DNA of 42,488 nucleotides from a virus (Duplodnaviria; Heunggongvirae; Uroviricota; Caudoviricetes): IMG/VR virus record IMGVR_UViG_2874945390_000011; one strand, 5' to 3'. Shown piece by piece: positions 39,259 to 42,488 of this stretch (position 1 is its first letter; each line of letters starts with the position of its first letter). The notes under the pieces were generated by a model. It saw only the letters and a program-made list of their open reading frames with translations, ran no database searches and was not told where the DNA came from. The position numbers and the translations under genes were made by a program.

Positions 39259-39427
39259 ATGCGTTAAGCACAGCCACATTCGCATTATGGTGGGGCGTGC
39301 AGGGCAACCGCAAGGCTGGCCGGGTTCCGTGATGACCGGTATTTCCACCCCTGTACGTCTCACCACCCTTATGGTCGTGGAAAACCTCGGTGGTGAGTTA
39401 ATCAAATTCATCGCGGAGGCTGCCATC

Positions 39428-39952
39428 ATGGCTACTATCCTTACCCTTTCTCACCCTGACGTAACCATCGAAAATGGTCGCGCTGTCACTACGTCTGTTG
39501 CGATCGCCGAGTTCTTTGGCAAACGCCACGAACGAGTGTTGGATAAAATTCGCAATCTGGACTGTTCAGCAAAATTCACTGAGCACAATTTTGTGTCGAG
39601 CGAATACACCGACTCAACCGGGCGCAAACTCCCAATGTACCAAATCACCAAAAACGGCTTCGTTTTCCTGGTGATGGGCTTCACGGGCAAAAAAGCCGCC
39701 GCATTCAAAGAGGCATACATTGCTGAGTTCGACCGCATGGAGGCCGAACTGCGCCAGAATAACACCCCACCTGCTGACAAGATGATTCCGGGTGATGGTC
39801 GCACTCTGGTTGTTCACTTCGACAAATTCGGCAATGTCGAATTCACCGAAACCGTTCCTGATGGCGCACTGGTCTGTACCCTGGAGACTTTCCGGTTTTA
39901 TCTGGAAAAACAGGGATGGACTCTTGTTAACCGGGCACAATTAAAAATATGA
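39428..39952 (+). CDS. Rha-family phage regulatory protein
   Basis: From internal MATILTLSHP; N-terminal segment TTSVAIAEFFGKRHERVLDKIRNL matches the recalled Rha domain signature. Confidence 0.55.
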   Translation: MATILTLSHPDVTIENGRAVTTSVAIAEFFGKRHERVLDKIRNLDCSAKFTEHNFVSSEYTDSTGRKLPMYQITKNGFVFLVMGFTGKKAAAFKEAYIAEFDRMEAELRQNNTPPADKMIPGDGRTLVVHFDKFGNVEFTETVPDGALVCTLETFRFYLEKQGWTLVNRAQLKI

Positions 39953-39997
39953 CTGTGGAACAATTACTTTCTTTAAAATAAAAATGGAGCTACGGAT

Positions 39998-40279
39998 ATG
40001 AACCCTATGCTTGATTATTGTTTTACCTCTGCACCTCAGCAGACCATAACACACACCGGAATCAAAAAATTGTTATGGATAATCAAAAAAACCCTCCAGC
40101 AGAAAGGTGATCCCGATTTAATTCCCTGTGCTTATGGCCTGTGTGACAGACAAGTAAGCCCTGATAAGGCTTACACTGCTGAACTTATTTACATGCACGG
40201 AACCATGATGAGGAAAAAGAAACGCAAATATTGTAGTGAAATCTGCGCCGAAAAAGACCAGATGGCACACGAACTTTAA
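39998..40279 (+). CDS. hypothetical Cys-rich protein
   Basis: 93-aa ORF with CxxxxC ... CxxxC spacing suggesting a zinc ribbon. Confidence 0.4.
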   Translation: MNPMLDYCFTSAPQQTITHTGIKKLLWIIKKTLQQKGDPDLIPCAYGLCDRQVSPDKAYTAELIYMHGTMMRKKKRKYCSEICAEKDQMAHEL

Positions 40280-40438
40280 TTAACTGACTATTCGAAACTG
40301 AATTTATGCCAGCAATGGCAGGGATTCGCTCAACCTTAATTAAGGAGAAAAACATGAACACCAATTATGAAGCCACTGTTGCAACTACTGATAACTGAGG
40401 TGTACTGGCAATAGCGGACACTACCATTTGTTCTTTTT

Positions 40439-41257
40439 TTAAGCAGCCATCTGATGATATTTTTCCCTGAAGGCTGCCGGGGAGATATTCCCCAGACGAG
40501 AGTGACGACGCTGACGATTGTAGAAAATCTCAATGTATTCCCGTATTACTGAGATGGCTTCATCCCGGTTATTAAAACGATAGTGGCTCAGGCTCTCATT
40601 TTTCAGCGTTCCCCAGAAGCTTTCCATCGGAGCGTTGTCGTAACAGTTACCTTTACGCGACATTGATGTTTTCAGACCAAACTGCTCCTGTATGACCCGG
40701 TAATCGTATGCGCAGTACTGTGAACCTCGATCAGAGTGGTGGATTAGCCCGGTAGGTGGGCGCTGGCTCCTGAGCGCCATAAACAGGGCTTTACCTGTCA
40801 GCTCTTTTGTCATGCGCTCTCCCATGGCGTAGCCGACAATTTCGCACGTATAAACATCTTTGATGCCAGCGAGGTACAACCATCCCTCCTGTGTGGCAAC
40901 ATACGTCAGGTCCGCCACCCAGACCTGATTTGGTGCTGTAGGAGCGAACGTCTGGTTCAGCAGATTTGGCGCAACTGGCAGATTGTGGTTCGGGTTCGTA
41001 GTCGCTCTGAACTTTCGTTTCTGCTTACAGCGTAGCCTTAGCTCCTTACTAAGACGTGCCAGTCGGTCACGACCAACGATGATGCCATTCTCTGCCAGCT
41101 CCGTCTGGAGCCGCCGGGTTCCATATGTTTCGCGAGTGCGGATATGTGCCACCTTAATCTCCAGTTTTAGCCGCTCATCACTTTGTTTTCTGTCTGAGGG
41201 TTCATGCTGTACCCAGTTGTAATAACCGCTCCTGGATACACCAAATACCTGACACAT
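40439..41257 (-). CDS. IS600 OrfB transposase
   Basis: 272-aa ORF nearly identical to copy A OrfB. Confidence 0.85.
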   Translation of the reverse strand: MCQVFGVSRSGYYNWVQHEPSDRKQSDERLKLEIKVAHIRTRETYGTRRLQTELAENGIIVGRDRLARLSKELRLRCKQKRKFRATTNPNHNLPVAPNLLNQTFAPTAPNQVWVADLTYVATQEGWLYLAGIKDVYTCEIVGYAMGERMTKELTGKALFMALRSQRPPTGLIHHSDRGSQYCAYDYRVIQEQFGLKTSMSRKGNCYDNAPMESFWGTLKNESLSHYRFNNRDEAISVIREYIEIFYNRQRRHSRLGNISPAAFREKYHQMAA

Positions 41258-41292
41258 CGCTTCAATGGGAAATTGTTGTCGCCATTGTTCGA

Positions 41293-41595
41293 TTAACGCG
41301 TATTTTTCAGCGACTCCTGTGCAAAATACGCTGTTGCTTTTTTTAATATATCTCGCTCAAGGCGAGCTTCATTTAACGCCTTACGCAGTTGCAGAATTTC
41401 AGATTCCAGTTCAGCCACCGTGCGGGAACCAGGAGTACCGAGCCCTTTTCTGGCGGCGGTAACCCATTGTCCTAAAGTGCCTTCAGGAAGGGATAATCGG
41501 GAAGCGCCTTCACTGATCAAAAGTTGATTTTCAAGAACCGTTCTGACAGCTTCGGCTTTGAACTCTTTAGAGTAACGTTGGGTTTTTCTGCTCAT
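41293..41595 (-). CDS. IS600 OrfA
   Basis: 100-aa ORF about 97 percent identical to copy A OrfA. Confidence 0.85.
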   Translation of the reverse strand: MSRKTQRYSKEFKAEAVRTVLENQLLISEGASRLSLPEGTLGQWVTAARKGLGTPGSRTVAELESEILQLRKALNEARLERDILKKATAYFAQESLKNTR

Positions 41596-41660
41596 TATTA
41601 GCTCCTTCTGATGCCATTCTATTTCAGGAAGGAGTGTCCGTTAAACTCAGGCTACCTCAC

Positions 41661-42488
41661 ATTAATGAAGCGGAAAGCAGCGGTTCCGTAATGATCATCG
41701 ACTCCATCAGTCACTTCTGGACCGGATTATGCGACGAGTATGCCAGACGCCGAAACCGTAAACGAGGACTGGAATTTTCAGACTGGGCGTGGCTCAAACA
41801 GGAGTGGCGACGCTTTACCGATCGATTTGTTAACAGTCAGGCGCACATTATTATGTGCGGGCGTGCAGGATATGAGTATGACTTTTTCGAAGGTGATGAT
41901 GGCAAACGCCAGTTGGCAAAAACCGGTATAAAAATGAAAGCAGAAACAGAAACCGGTTATGAACCCTCCATCCTGATCCAGATGGAGAAGCAAATGAACA
42001 TAGAAACCGGTCAGGTGTGGCGCACCGCCAGAATACTAAAAGATCGCTCCACCCGTATTGATGGACAGGTATTTTCAAACCCAACATTTAAAAACTTTCT
42101 TCCTCATATCGAGTTTCTTAACCTGGGAGGTGAACACCTCGGCATCGATACCTCACGGGATAACAGTGAATTATTTGCCAACGACGGTACACCGACATGG
42201 CTAAAAGAAAAGCGTGCAAAAGAAATCGCACTTGATGAAATTATCGAGTTGCTCAACAAGCACCATGGGGGCACCAGTAACGACGCCAAACGCGCAAAAG
42301 CTGATTTGCTGGAAAAAACATTCACCTCCCGCTCATGGGAAAGAATCAAAGGTATGGACTGGCCGACAATCAAAGCTGGTCGTAATGCACTATGGATTGA
42401 ACTGGAAGGCGTTGAATATGCATTCCCGGATCCACAAACACAAAACGAAACGCAACAAGCAGGATACGATGAGAATATTCCGGTGTAA
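41661..42488 (+). pseudogene. hypothetical phage early protein, 5' end truncated by IS600 copy B
   Basis: Open frame runs from the IS boundary to a stop at the window end; the listed N-terminal residues are encoded by the IS terminus. Confidence 0.45.

Larger units (their letters stand above)
40396..41659 (-). mobile_element. IS600 (IS3 family) copy B, inverted relative to copy A
   Basis: 1264 bp with the same ends as copy A; orfA/orfB differ from copy A by a few substitutions; flanking triplets differ (no target duplication). Confidence 0.85.

Overview
This window looks like the right-hand ~42 kb of a lambdoid prophage in a Shigella/EIEC-type chromosome, integrated at the lambda attachment site next to ybhB (1..477). 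An exact 15-bp lambda att core sits at 568..582 with a phage P-arm behind it, so this is the attR junction; int and attL must lie beyond the right edge. The prophage carries an ipaH type III effector gene (1057..2820, + strand) with a MxiE-box-like element upstream. The late genes all run on the minus strand: a lambda Stf-like fibre remnant, a Mu/P2-like contractile tail module (fibre, baseplate, tape measure, chaperone, tube, sheath), a head and packaging module, and an S21-type lysis cassette. Upstream of those lie four tRNA genes, a Q-like antiterminator, a nin-like region with a QueH-like gene and a decayed hok locus, replication genes and a RacR/Cro/YdaT-like immunity region. Two inverted IS600 copies, one IS630 and an IS256-family fragment are present. 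The most striking pattern is that four head/packaging genes carry independent inactivating lesions while the tail and lysis genes appear intact. All protein identifications are from reading the translations and recalled family motifs, not from database searches, and coordinates of small non-coding features are approximate.
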